Assembly: GCA_030430245.1 (NCBI GenBank)
Contig: JAUIFY010000001.1
Location: 12,878 to 76,877 of the forward strand
DNA length: 64,000 nt
From: a bacterium
GTDB taxonomy: Bacteria > Desulfobacterota > Binatia > UBA12015
Direction: 5' to 3'
Shown piece by piece: positions 26,587-34,982 of this stretch; position 1 is the first letter of the stretch, and each line of letters starts with the position of its first letter. Under the pieces are notes generated by a model. It was not told the DNA's origin and did not search any database. It saw only the letters and a program-made list of their open reading frames with translations. The translations under genes were made by a program, and so were the position numbers.

Positions 26587-29500
26587 GTGGCCATTCGCGT
26601 CGCGCTGCACCATCGAACGTCCTATCGGTACGACCGGCCGGTGAGGCTCGGCCCGCAGGTGGTGCGCCTGCGTCCCGCACCTCATTGCCGCACACCGGTC
26701 CCGAGCTACTCGCTGGTGGTTCGTCCTTCCGAGCACTTCGTGAACTGGCAGCAGGACCCGCACGGGAACTACCTCGCGCGGCTGGTCTTCCCCGAGCCGG
26801 CGGAGGAGTTCTCGGTCGAGGTCGACCTCACGGCCGACCTCACCGTCCACAATCCGTTCGATTTCTTCCTGGAGGAGTCGGCGCGGCACGTTCCGTTCGG
26901 CTACGACGAGAGCGTCGCGATGGACCTGCGTCCGTTCCTCGAGGCCGAGGCGCCGGGCCCGCTCCTGCGGCAGTTCCTCGCGTCGATCGACCTCTCGACG
27001 CCGACGACCACGGTGGATTTCCTGGTGGACCTGAATCGACGGGTCTCCGAGGAGGTCCGCTACCTCGTACGCATGGAGCCGGGCGTGCAGACCCCGGAAG
27101 AGACGCTGCGCATCGGGTCGGGCTCGTGCCGCGACTCGGGCTGGCTCCTCGTGCAGGTGCTCCGGCATCTCGGTCTCGCCGCGCGGTTCGTGTCCGGCTA
27201 TCTGATCCAGCTCGTCGCCGATCAGAAATCGCTCGACGGTCCGTCGGGCCCGCCCGCCGATTTCACCGATCTGCACGCGTGGGCGGAGGTGTACCTGCCC
27301 GGAGCCGGCTGGGTCGGACTCGACCCGACGTCGGGCCTGCTCGCGGGGGAGGGGCATCTCCCGCTCGCCTGCACGCCGGTGCCGGGGAGCGCCGCCCCGA
27401 TCTCGGGTGCGGTCGACCGCGCCGAGGTGGAGTTCGAGTTCGACATGAAGGTCGAGCGGATCCACGAGGATCCGCGCGTGACGAAGCCCTACACCGAGGA
27501 GCAATGGGCCGAGATCGACCGGCTCGGTCGCGCGGTCGACGAGCGGCTCGAGCGCGGCGGTGTTCGTCTGACGATGGGGGGCGAGCCGACCTTCGTCTCG
27601 ATCGACGACTTCGACGGAGAAGAGTGGACGATCGCCGCGCTGGGCCCCGAGAAGCTGCGTCTCGCCCAGCGCCTCCTGAAGCGGTTGAAGCGGCGGTTCG
27701 CGACGGGTGGGGTTCTGCAGAACGCGCAGGGGAAGTGGTATCCCGGAGAGCCGCTGCCGCGTTGGGCGCTCGGCTGCTACTGGCGTCGCGATGGCGTGCC
27801 GCTGTGGCAGGACGACGATCTCTTCGCCGACGAGGAGGCGCCGGGACGATTCGACGCGTCTCACGCGGAGCGGCTCGCGGCGGAGATCGCGGCGCGACTG
27901 TCGGTCGATGATCGCTTCCTCGTGCCGGCGTTCGAGGACGCCGTCTATCACCTCTGGGTCGAGAACCGACTCCCGACCGACATCGACGTGGGCGACGAGC
28001 GCCTGGCCGACGACAGCGAGCGTCGTCGGCTGGCCCGGATCCTGGACCAGGGCCTCCATCGCCCGGTGGGGCACGTCTTGCCGCTGCGGCGCGCGTGGTG
28101 GAGCGAGGGCGACCCGTGGCAGTCCGGTGCGTGGCCGGTGCGCGCCGAGCGGATGTTTCTCGTTCCGGGCGATTCCCCCATGGGACTCCGGCTCCCGCTG
28201 GATTCGCTGCCGTTCGCGACGCGCGCCCACGAGCCGTATCCGCAGGACCCGATGGCGCCGCGTTCCGCGCTCTCCCCGCGGCCCGAGGCCCGACGTCCCC
28301 TGGAGCAGGCCCGCGACTGGAGCGGAGACGACGACCGCGACGAGGACGACGCGGTCGCGCGCCGCTCCCGACCCGAGCCCTCGGACGAGATCCGCACCGG
28401 TCTGTGCGTGGAGCCCCGGGAGGGGCGCCTCAACGTGTTCCTGCCGCCGGTGGATCGATTGGAGGACTACGTCGACCTGGTGCAGGCGGTCGAGGGCGCG
28501 GCGCGCGCCTTGTCGATGCCGGTGGCCCTCGAGGGGTACCCGCCCCCGAGCGACTCCCGGCTGCGCCGGCTCCAGCTGACCCCGGATCCCGGCGTCATCG
28601 AGGTGAACATCCAGCCGTCGTCGTCGTGGCAGGAGCTGATCGACACGACGGAGGGCTTGTACGAAGACGCGAGGCTGAGCCGCCTCACGACGGAGAAGTT
28701 CGACCTCGACGGGAGTCACACGGGCACCGGAGGCGGGAATCACGTCGTCCTCGGCGCCGAGACGACCGACGAGAGCCCGTTCCTGCGCCGACCGCGCCTC
28801 CTGCGAAGCCTGCTCGGGTTCTGGCAGAACCACCCGTCGCTCTCCTATCTCTTCAGCGGCAAGTTCGTGGGGCCGACGAGTCAGGCGCCGCGCGTCGACG
28901 AGGGACGCACGGATGCGCTGTACGAGTTGGAGGTCGCGTTCGCGGAGATCGCGGCGCTGCCCGAGGACAGCCCTCCGTGGAAGGTGGACCGGATCTTCCG
29001 GCACCTGCTCACGGACCTGACGGGCAACACGCATCGCGCCGAGTTCAGCATCGACAAGCTGTACTCTCCGGACCAGTCGACCGGTCGTCTCGGCCTTCTG
29101 GAGATGCGCGGCTTCGAGATGCCGCCCCACGCGCGGATGAGCCTGACGCAGCAGCTTCTCGTCCGCTCGCTCGTCGCCCGGTTCTGGGACGAGCCCTACG
29201 ACACGCCTCCCACGGACTGGGGGACGGCCCTCCACGATCGGTTCCTGCTCCCCCACTACGCCTGGCGGGATTTCTGCAACGTGCTCGAGGATCTCGGTCG
29301 CGCGGGCTTCCCCTTCGAGCCCGAGTGGTTCCACTCTCACTTCGAGTTCCGCTTCCCCGTTCTGGGGCGCGTCTCGTACGACGACGTCGAGCTCGAGCTG
29401 CGTTCCGCCATCGAACCGTGGTACGTTCTCGGCGAAGAGCCGGTCGGAGGTGCTACGGCGCGGTTCGTCGACTCTTCGGTGGAGAGACTGCAGGTGAGAG

Positions 29501-29904
29501 TGAGCGGGTTCTCGGGCGAGCGCTTCGTGCTCGCGTGCAACGGTCGGCGCGTGCCGCTCGCGACGACCGGGGCGTCGGGGGAGCACGTCGCCGGCGTGCG
29601 CTACCGGGCGTGGGCGCCGCCGAGCTGCCTCCATCCGACGATTCCCCGCCACGCGCCGTTGCGGTTCGATCTCGTCGATACCTGGAGCGGTCGCGTCGCG
29701 ACCGGTGCGGAGTATCACGTCGGACACCCGGGCGGGCGTCACTTCGACACGTTCCCGGTCAACGCGAACGAGGCCGAGGGGCGCCGTTCGGCGCGCTTCG
29801 TTCCCACCGTCCACTCGGCCGGGACGGTCGAGATCCCTCCGGCCGAGTACAATCCCAAATTCCCGACGACGCTGGATCTCCGCCGCCCGACGAGGGCCGC
29901 GTGA
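26587..29904 (+). CDS. Large transglutaminase-family protein (DUF2126 type: N-terminal bacterial-transglutaminase region plus transglutaminase-like core)
   Basis: GTG start. (M)VAIRVALHHRTSYRYDRPV is the typical N-terminus. RIGSGSCRDSGWLLVQVLRHLGLAARFVSGY has the transglutaminase-core Cys. 1105 aa. Confidence 0.8.
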   Translation: MAIRVALHHRTSYRYDRPVRLGPQVVRLRPAPHCRTPVPSYSLVVRPSEHFVNWQQDPHGNYLARLVFPEPAEEFSVEVDLTADLTVHNPFDFFLEESARHVPFGYDESVAMDLRPFLEAEAPGPLLRQFLASIDLSTPTTTVDFLVDLNRRVSEEVRYLVRMEPGVQTPEETLRIGSGSCRDSGWLLVQVLRHLGLAARFVSGYLIQLVADQKSLDGPSGPPADFTDLHAWAEVYLPGAGWVGLDPTSGLLAGEGHLPLACTPVPGSAAPISGAVDRAEVEFEFDMKVERIHEDPRVTKPYTEEQWAEIDRLGRAVDERLERGGVRLTMGGEPTFVSIDDFDGEEWTIAALGPEKLRLAQRLLKRLKRRFATGGVLQNAQGKWYPGEPLPRWALGCYWRRDGVPLWQDDDLFADEEAPGRFDASHAERLAAEIAARLSVDDRFLVPAFEDAVYHLWVENRLPTDIDVGDERLADDSERRRLARILDQGLHRPVGHVLPLRRAWWSEGDPWQSGAWPVRAERMFLVPGDSPMGLRLPLDSLPFATRAHEPYPQDPMAPRSALSPRPEARRPLEQARDWSGDDDRDEDDAVARRSRPEPSDEIRTGLCVEPREGRLNVFLPPVDRLEDYVDLVQAVEGAARALSMPVALEGYPPPSDSRLRRLQLTPDPGVIEVNIQPSSSWQELIDTTEGLYEDARLSRLTTEKFDLDGSHTGTGGGNHVVLGAETTDESPFLRRPRLLRSLLGFWQNHPSLSYLFSGKFVGPTSQAPRVDEGRTDALYELEVAFAEIAALPEDSPPWKVDRIFRHLLTDLTGNTHRAEFSIDKLYSPDQSTGRLGLLEMRGFEMPPHARMSLTQQLLVRSLVARFWDEPYDTPPTDWGTALHDRFLLPHYAWRDFCNVLEDLGRAGFPFEPEWFHSHFEFRFPVLGRVSYDDVELELRSAIEPWYVLGEEPVGGATARFVDSSVERLQVRVSGFSGERFVLACNGRRVPLATTGASGEHVAGVRYRAWAPPSCLHPTIPRHAPLRFDLVDTWSGRVATGAEYHVGHPGGRHFDTFPVNANEAEGRRSARFVPTVHSAGTVEIPPAEYNPKFPTTLDLRRPTRAA

Positions 29905-32453
29905 GCGAAGCGAAGCCGGCGCCCGAAGAGCCCGGTTCGTCTCTGTCCGGCTACCGGCCCGCCCGGCCCTCGTCGGACGAAGCGATCGATCCCGGAGGAG
30001 GACTGCGACCGCATTGGCGCGAGCTGTTCTCGAAGCTGGAAGCCATCGGCGACCTGGAGCTGCAGCGTCGCTGGGAGCACGCACAGCAGGATGCGGCCTC
30101 CGACGGGGTGACCTTCAACCCACACGACGCGGATGGCGAGGGCGCGCGCCCCTGGATCCTGGATGCGATCCCCTTCCCGTTGCCGGAGCGGAGCTGGAGG
30201 GTTCTTTCCGAAGGGTTGGCCCAGCGAGCGATGCTGCTCGACCACGTGCTCCGCGACCTGCTCGGACCGCAGGTTCTGCTCCGCGAGAAGGTGCTCCCCC
30301 CCGACGTCCTGTTCGGAAGCCCCGCCTACCATCCGTCGTTTCACGGTCTGCGGCCGGCCGGGCGCCGCCATCTCGATCTCTACGCGGCCGACGTGGCGCG
30401 TGGCTCCAACGAGGGCTGGTACGTCACGGGCGACCGCACGCGAACGGTTTCCGGACTCGGCTACGCGCTCGAGAATCGGGTCATCGCGTCGCGCATGCTG
30501 TCGGCCGTCTTCCGCCGGTCCCACGTCCGCCGCCTGGCGGAGTTCTTCTCCGCGCTCAAGGAGATGATCCGCGCGCAGGCGCCACGCTCGCAGGACAACC
30601 CCCGCGTCGTCCTGTGGACCCAGGGCCCGACCGGGACCCGATACTTCGAGGACGCCTACCTCGCGCGATACCTGGGCTACACGTTGGTCGAGGGCGGCGA
30701 TCTGGCGGTTCGTGCGAACCGGCTCCACCTGAAGACGTTGGGAGGCCTGCAGCCGGTCGAGGTGGTGCTCCGCCGCCTGGACGACGGGCTGTGCGACCCG
30801 GTGGAGCTGCGTGCCGACTCGCAGGCGGGCGTCTCGGGTCTGCTCGAGGTGCTCCGAGCGCGCAACGTCGCCGTGGTGAACTCGCCGGGATCGAGCCTGG
30901 CGGAGGCCCCGATCCTGCTGCCGTTCCTGCGGGCCGCCTGCCAGCGGCTCCTCGACGCGGACCTGAAGCTGCCCTCGATCGCGACGTGGTGGTGTGGCCA
31001 GAAGAAGGAGCGCACGTACGTGCTCGAGCATCTGGACGACTTGATCGTGCGCCCCGCGTTCTCGCCGGCGACGGCGTCGGTCTGGCGTCCGGATCGCATG
31101 ACGAGCGACGAGCGCGCCGATCTGGCTGCCGCCATCGAAGCCCGGCCCGCGAGCTTCGTCGCGCAGCAGGCCCCGGTACGGTCCACGACGCCGGTCTGGA
31201 ACCCGCAGGGCGTGGAGTCCTGGTACCTCGCGTTGCGCACGTTCCTCGTGGCACGGGACGACGCGTACGTCCGCATGCCCGGGGGCCTCGCGCGCGTCGC
31301 TCCCGACGCGGCGGCGCTCGATCATACGATGAGCTCCGGCGAGCGGAGTCAGGACGTCTGGATCCTGAGCGAAGGGCCGGTCGACACGGCGAGCCTGCTG
31401 TCGCCGCCGGGAGAGACGATCGCGCTGCGGCGGGGCGGTGCCGAGCTGCCGAGCCGCGTCGCGGACAATCTCTTCTGGCTGGGGAGAGCCGTGGAGGGGG
31501 CCGAGGGATGTGCGCGGCTTCTGCGGACGCTCCTCTCGACGTCGGCGGGTGAGGCGCCGGAGGCGCCGGAGCTCCCGTATCTCCTCTCGGCACTCGCCCA
31601 GATCGAGCAGATCGACAAGGACGACTTCGCCGCGCTCGGTCCGGCCGACCTGACGCGGATCGCGGCCGGCGTCGCGTCGGCCCTCTTCGACGAGGGCCGC
31701 TCGGGAAGTCTCCGCTCCCGCATCCTCGAGGCGCAGCGGGTCGCCTCGCTGGTGCGAGATCGGGTGTCGATGGACGCCTGGCGCATCATTCAGCGTCTGG
31801 AGGAGGTGAGCCGCAAGCCGCGGTGGAGAGTGGGGAGCTACGAGTCCTTGCGGACGGTCGAGCTCGTCCTGCAGGAGCTCGCGGCGTTCGCCGGAATGGT
31901 CGGCGAGAGCATGACCCGAGCTCCGTCGTGGCGCTTCCTGGACCTCGGCCGTCGCATCGCGCGCGCTTGGCACACGGCGCGCCTGCTGTCCGCGACTCTG
32001 GTCCCGGTCGTGAAGGACGAGCGGGCCGTGTTCGAGGCGGTCCTCGCGACCGCGGACAGCCTGATGACGTACCGGTCGCGCTATCTCGCGACTCTGCAGG
32101 CGGCGCCCGTGATCGACCTCCTGCTCACCGACGATACGAACCCGCGCTCGATCGGACATCAGCTGGCGGTCGTCGTCGACCACGTGGGAGAGCTCCCACG
32201 AGACGACACGAAGGCGACCCTCGGTCCGGAGCAGCGCGTCGCCCTGTCGCTGCAGAACGCGGTGCGTCTGGCCGACGCGGTCGAGATGAGTCGAATCGAG
32301 GGCTCTCCGGGACGGAGAGCCGGCTTGGAGCGATTGCTGCAGCGCCTGGCCGAGCAGCTTCCGCGGCTCTCCGACGCGCTCTCGAGCCGGTTCCTCACGC
32401 ACGCCGGTCTCCCGCGCCACCTGGCGTCCGCTCTGGAGCCGCCGGGCTCATGA
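29901..32453 (+). CDS. Fused circularly permuted ATP-grasp type 2 plus alpha-E domain protein
   Basis: GTG start with GTGA overlap. The N-terminal half parallels gene 24101 (LFGSPAYHPSFHGL..., VVNSPGSSLAEAPIL). The C-terminal half parallels alpha-E (NLFWLGRAVEGAEGCARLL). 850 aa. Confidence 0.8.
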   Translation: MSEAKPAPEEPGSSLSGYRPARPSSDEAIDPGGGLRPHWRELFSKLEAIGDLELQRRWEHAQQDAASDGVTFNPHDADGEGARPWILDAIPFPLPERSWRVLSEGLAQRAMLLDHVLRDLLGPQVLLREKVLPPDVLFGSPAYHPSFHGLRPAGRRHLDLYAADVARGSNEGWYVTGDRTRTVSGLGYALENRVIASRMLSAVFRRSHVRRLAEFFSALKEMIRAQAPRSQDNPRVVLWTQGPTGTRYFEDAYLARYLGYTLVEGGDLAVRANRLHLKTLGGLQPVEVVLRRLDDGLCDPVELRADSQAGVSGLLEVLRARNVAVVNSPGSSLAEAPILLPFLRAACQRLLDADLKLPSIATWWCGQKKERTYVLEHLDDLIVRPAFSPATASVWRPDRMTSDERADLAAAIEARPASFVAQQAPVRSTTPVWNPQGVESWYLALRTFLVARDDAYVRMPGGLARVAPDAAALDHTMSSGERSQDVWILSEGPVDTASLLSPPGETIALRRGGAELPSRVADNLFWLGRAVEGAEGCARLLRTLLSTSAGEAPEAPELPYLLSALAQIEQIDKDDFAALGPADLTRIAAGVASALFDEGRSGSLRSRILEAQRVASLVRDRVSMDAWRIIQRLEEVSRKPRWRVGSYESLRTVELVLQELAAFAGMVGESMTRAPSWRFLDLGRRIARAWHTARLLSATLVPVVKDERAVFEAVLATADSLMTYRSRYLATLQAAPVIDLLLTDDTNPRSIGHQLAVVVDHVGELPRDDTKATLGPEQRVALSLQNAVRLADAVEMSRIEGSPGRRAGLERLLQRLAEQLPRLSDALSSRFLTHAGLPRHLASALEPPGS

Positions 32454-33343
32454 AGTACCGAATCCGCCACGTCTCGAGCTACCACTACTCCGCGCCGGTG
32501 AGCGTCTGCCACAACTTCTTGATGTTGACGCCACGCGAGGGCGGTCGAGTGCACAGCCTCTCGCACCGTCTCGTCATTCGACCCACACCTCTCTTCTCGT
32601 CTCGGCGGACCGACTCGTTCGGCAACACGGTGCACTCGTTCGCGATCGAGGAGAACCACCGGCAGCTGGCGGTGACCGCGACGAGCCACGTCGACGTCGC
32701 CGAAGCGCGGCCGCCCGAGAAGACACCACCCTGGGAGACGGTGGTGGGTGGGGTCGTCGCGCAGACCGATCCAGATTGGCTCGAGGCCTGTCGCTTCGCG
32801 TTCGATTCCCCGCGGATCTCGCGCGCGCCCGAGTTCGCCGACTACGCGATCGCCTCCTTCGTCCCGGAGCGTCCGATCCTCGACGCGGCGTTCGATCTCA
32901 CGAAGCGCATCCACGAGGACTTCGAGTACGACAAGGCGGCGACGTCCGTCGGTACCCCGACGCGGGAGGCCTTCGACATCCGAAAGGGCGTCTGTCAGGA
33001 CTTTGCGCACGTCCAGATCTCGTGCCTGCGCTCGCTCGGCGTTCCGGCCCGATACGTGAGTGGCTACCTGCGGACGGTCTCCCGCCCCGGGCAACCGCGC
33101 ATCGTCGGGGCCGACCAGTCTCACGCGTGGCTGGCGGTCTACTGCGGTGCCGCGGGCTGGGTCGAGGTCGACCCGACCAATGCCTGCTTGAGCTCGCAGG
33201 ACCACATCCCCATCGCCTGGGGCCGGGACTACGACGATGTGGTGCCGGTGAAGGGCGTCGTGCTCGGAGGTGGGGATCACCAGCTCTCGGTCTCGGTCGA
33301 CGTCGAGTCGGAGGACGACGCCTCCGAGGCCGCTCGGCCGTAG
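32450..33343 (+). CDS. Transglutaminase-like protein (N-terminal bacterial-transglutaminase region plus transglutaminase core)
   Basis: ATGA overlap with the upstream gene. MKYRIRHVSSYHYSAPV... and GVCQDFAHVQISCLRSLGVPARYVSGY carry the transglutaminase-core Cys. Confidence 0.8.
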   Translation: MKYRIRHVSSYHYSAPVSVCHNFLMLTPREGGRVHSLSHRLVIRPTPLFSSRRTDSFGNTVHSFAIEENHRQLAVTATSHVDVAEARPPEKTPPWETVVGGVVAQTDPDWLEACRFAFDSPRISRAPEFADYAIASFVPERPILDAAFDLTKRIHEDFEYDKAATSVGTPTREAFDIRKGVCQDFAHVQISCLRSLGVPARYVSGYLRTVSRPGQPRIVGADQSHAWLAVYCGAAGWVEVDPTNACLSSQDHIPIAWGRDYDDVVPVKGVVLGGGDHQLSVSVDVESEDDASEAARP

Positions 33344-33414
33344 AGCTCCGCATCGCTCGGATGGGCGTCGAGGTGCGGCTGGAGTCGGCGCCGCATTTCG
33401 CGCACAATTCCGGG

Positions 33415-33573
33415 ATGGGTCGATCCCTGCAGAGCTTGATCGTTTTCGTGTTGGTGCTTCTCGGGCTGAACTGGTTTCTCGGCGAGATGAACTACGGCCT
33501 CCACATCTCGATCGTCGGCAGCATCGTGCTGACGCTCGTGGTGTCGATGATCATGAACGGGCTGAATCGCTGA
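33415..33573 (+). CDS. Possible small hydrophobic membrane peptide (52 aa)
   Basis: MGRSLQSLIVFVLVLLGLNWFLGEMNYGLHISIVGSIVLTLVVSMIMNGLNR. It overlaps the convergent oxidoreductase stop by 23 nt and has no clear RBS. Confidence 0.2.
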   Translation: MGRSLQSLIVFVLVLLGLNWFLGEMNYGLHISIVGSIVLTLVVSMIMNGLNR

Positions 33574-34591
33574 CGTCGTCCGGCCGGACCCGCACGACCG
33601 ACTTGCCGAAATTCCTGCCCTCGAAGAGGTGGCAGAAGCCGATCCCGGCTCGGTCGACTCCTTCGTGCACGTACTCGACGCTGCGAAGCTCTCCCGCGTC
33701 GAGCCAACCGGCCAGCGCGGCGCGTGCCTCGGGGTAGCGGTCGATCTGCATGTGCGTCATGAACCCCTGGAGGCGCGCCCCCTTCAGGACCAGCTCGAAC
33801 AGGTTGGATGGCCCGGGCAGGGGTTCTTCCGCGTTGTAGGCGGTGACCGCGCCGCAGAAGGGGATGCGCGCGCCTTCGTTGATGTGGGCGAGGACGTGCT
33901 CGAGGAGCGGGCCGCCGACGTTGTCGAAGTAGACGTCGATGCCGTCGGGGCAGGCCGCGCGCAGCTCCTCGGCCAGTCGGGCGGACCGATGGTGGACGGC
34001 GGCGTCGTAGCCGAGCTCCGTGCGAAGCCGCTCGCACTTCTCGTTCGAGCCCGCGAAGCCCACCGTGCGCGCTCCGTGGATCTTTGCGATCTGGCCCGCG
34101 ACGGAGCCCACCGCCCCGCCGGCCGCGCTGATCACGACGGTCTCGCCCGGCTGGGGCGTCCCGATGTCGGTCAGGCCGAAGTAGGCCGACATGCCCGTGT
34201 CGCCCAGGACGCCGAGGTGGTAGCTCAGCGGATACGGCCAGCTCGCGTCCAGGCGGACGATGAAGTCGCCCCCGTCGCTGATCGAGTACTCCTCCCACGC
34301 GAGGCGGGCCATCAGGAGCTCTCCCTCCCGGTAGTCGGACCGTCTCGATTGCTTGACGCGCCCGAGGGTGAGCCCCATCACGGGTTGGTCGAGCGGCATG
34401 GCGGGGAGGACGTCGTCGCCGCTCCCCTCGTTCATCCAGTTCCGGAATCCGGCATCGAGCGAGAGGTAGAGATTCTCGATGAGCATCTCGCCGTTGCGGA
34501 TCTCGCGCACCTCGGCCGTCGCGACGCGGAAGTCGCTCTCGCGGGGGAGGCCCGCCGGTCGGCGGGCGAGGAGGACTCGAGTGTTCTTCAT
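33551..34591 (-). CDS. NADP-dependent oxidoreductase, zinc-independent MDR family (alkenal/prostaglandin reductase YncB-like)
   Basis: VVISAAGGAVGSVAGQIAKIHGARTVG is the Rossmann motif. Overall MDR architecture. 346 aa. Confidence 0.8.
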   Translation of the reverse strand: MKNTRVLLARRPAGLPRESDFRVATAEVREIRNGEMLIENLYLSLDAGFRNWMNEGSGDDVLPAMPLDQPVMGLTLGRVKQSRRSDYREGELLMARLAWEEYSISDGGDFIVRLDASWPYPLSYHLGVLGDTGMSAYFGLTDIGTPQPGETVVISAAGGAVGSVAGQIAKIHGARTVGFAGSNEKCERLRTELGYDAAVHHRSARLAEELRAACPDGIDVYFDNVGGPLLEHVLAHINEGARIPFCGAVTAYNAEEPLPGPSNLFELVLKGARLQGFMTHMQIDRYPEARAALAGWLDAGELRSVEYVHEGVDRAGIGFCHLFEGRNFGKSVVRVRPDDVSDSARS

Positions 34592-34730
34592 GGCTCTCGC
34601 GGCGTGGAATCGTCGGATTGACGCCAGGCGCCCGACGTATACCCTCGCCCGTCATGAATCCAGGTACCGCGGCGCGACGCGGTGCGGCGGACCGTGCGCG
34701 CGACCGCCAAGACCGGGGTAGGAAGAGACA

Positions 34731-34982
34731 TTGCCACGAAAGCTCCACATGTTGACCGGTGCCGTCTACGAGACGGACGGTGCGGGCGTCGTTCGCGTCA
34801 CCACCCGGCAGGGGAGAGTCGGTCGCTTCGACTCCCACGGCGCGTGGATCGACGGCGAGCTTCGCGAGGCCGACCCCCACCTGTGCCTCTGGGTGGGAGG
34901 CCGCCAACTGCCGGAGGGCAAGGCGGCGAGCTTCAAGGACCTCCCGCTCAAGACCGGTCGCGAGGAGGGAGCCGACGCATGA
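34731..34982 (+). CDS. Small conserved-looking protein (83 aa) translationally coupled to the Rieske oxygenase
   Basis: MPRKLHMLTGAVYETDGAGVVRVTTRQGRVGRFDSHGAWIDGELREADPHLCLWVGGRQL... is not Arg-rich junk. Its stop overlaps the Rieske ATG (ATGA). The true start may be the internal Met at residue 7. Confidence 0.45.
   Translation: MPRKLHMLTGAVYETDGAGVVRVTTRQGRVGRFDSHGAWIDGELREADPHLCLWVGGRQLPEGKAASFKDLPLKTGREEGADA

Noticed and set aside
21646-26695. 557-aa (21646..23319 minus) and 945-aa (23858..26695 minus) ORFs
   Set aside because: Antisense to the esterase and to the ATP-grasp and alpha-E genes. Low-complexity Arg/Asp/Val-rich.
26431-32420. 1217-aa (26431..30084 minus), 1452-aa plus (28095..32453, N-part) and 893-aa (29739..32420 minus) ORFs
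   Set aside because: Shadow ORFs over the transglutaminase and fused ATP-grasp genes. Only the last 850 aa of 28095..32453 (from GTG 29901) is genuine.
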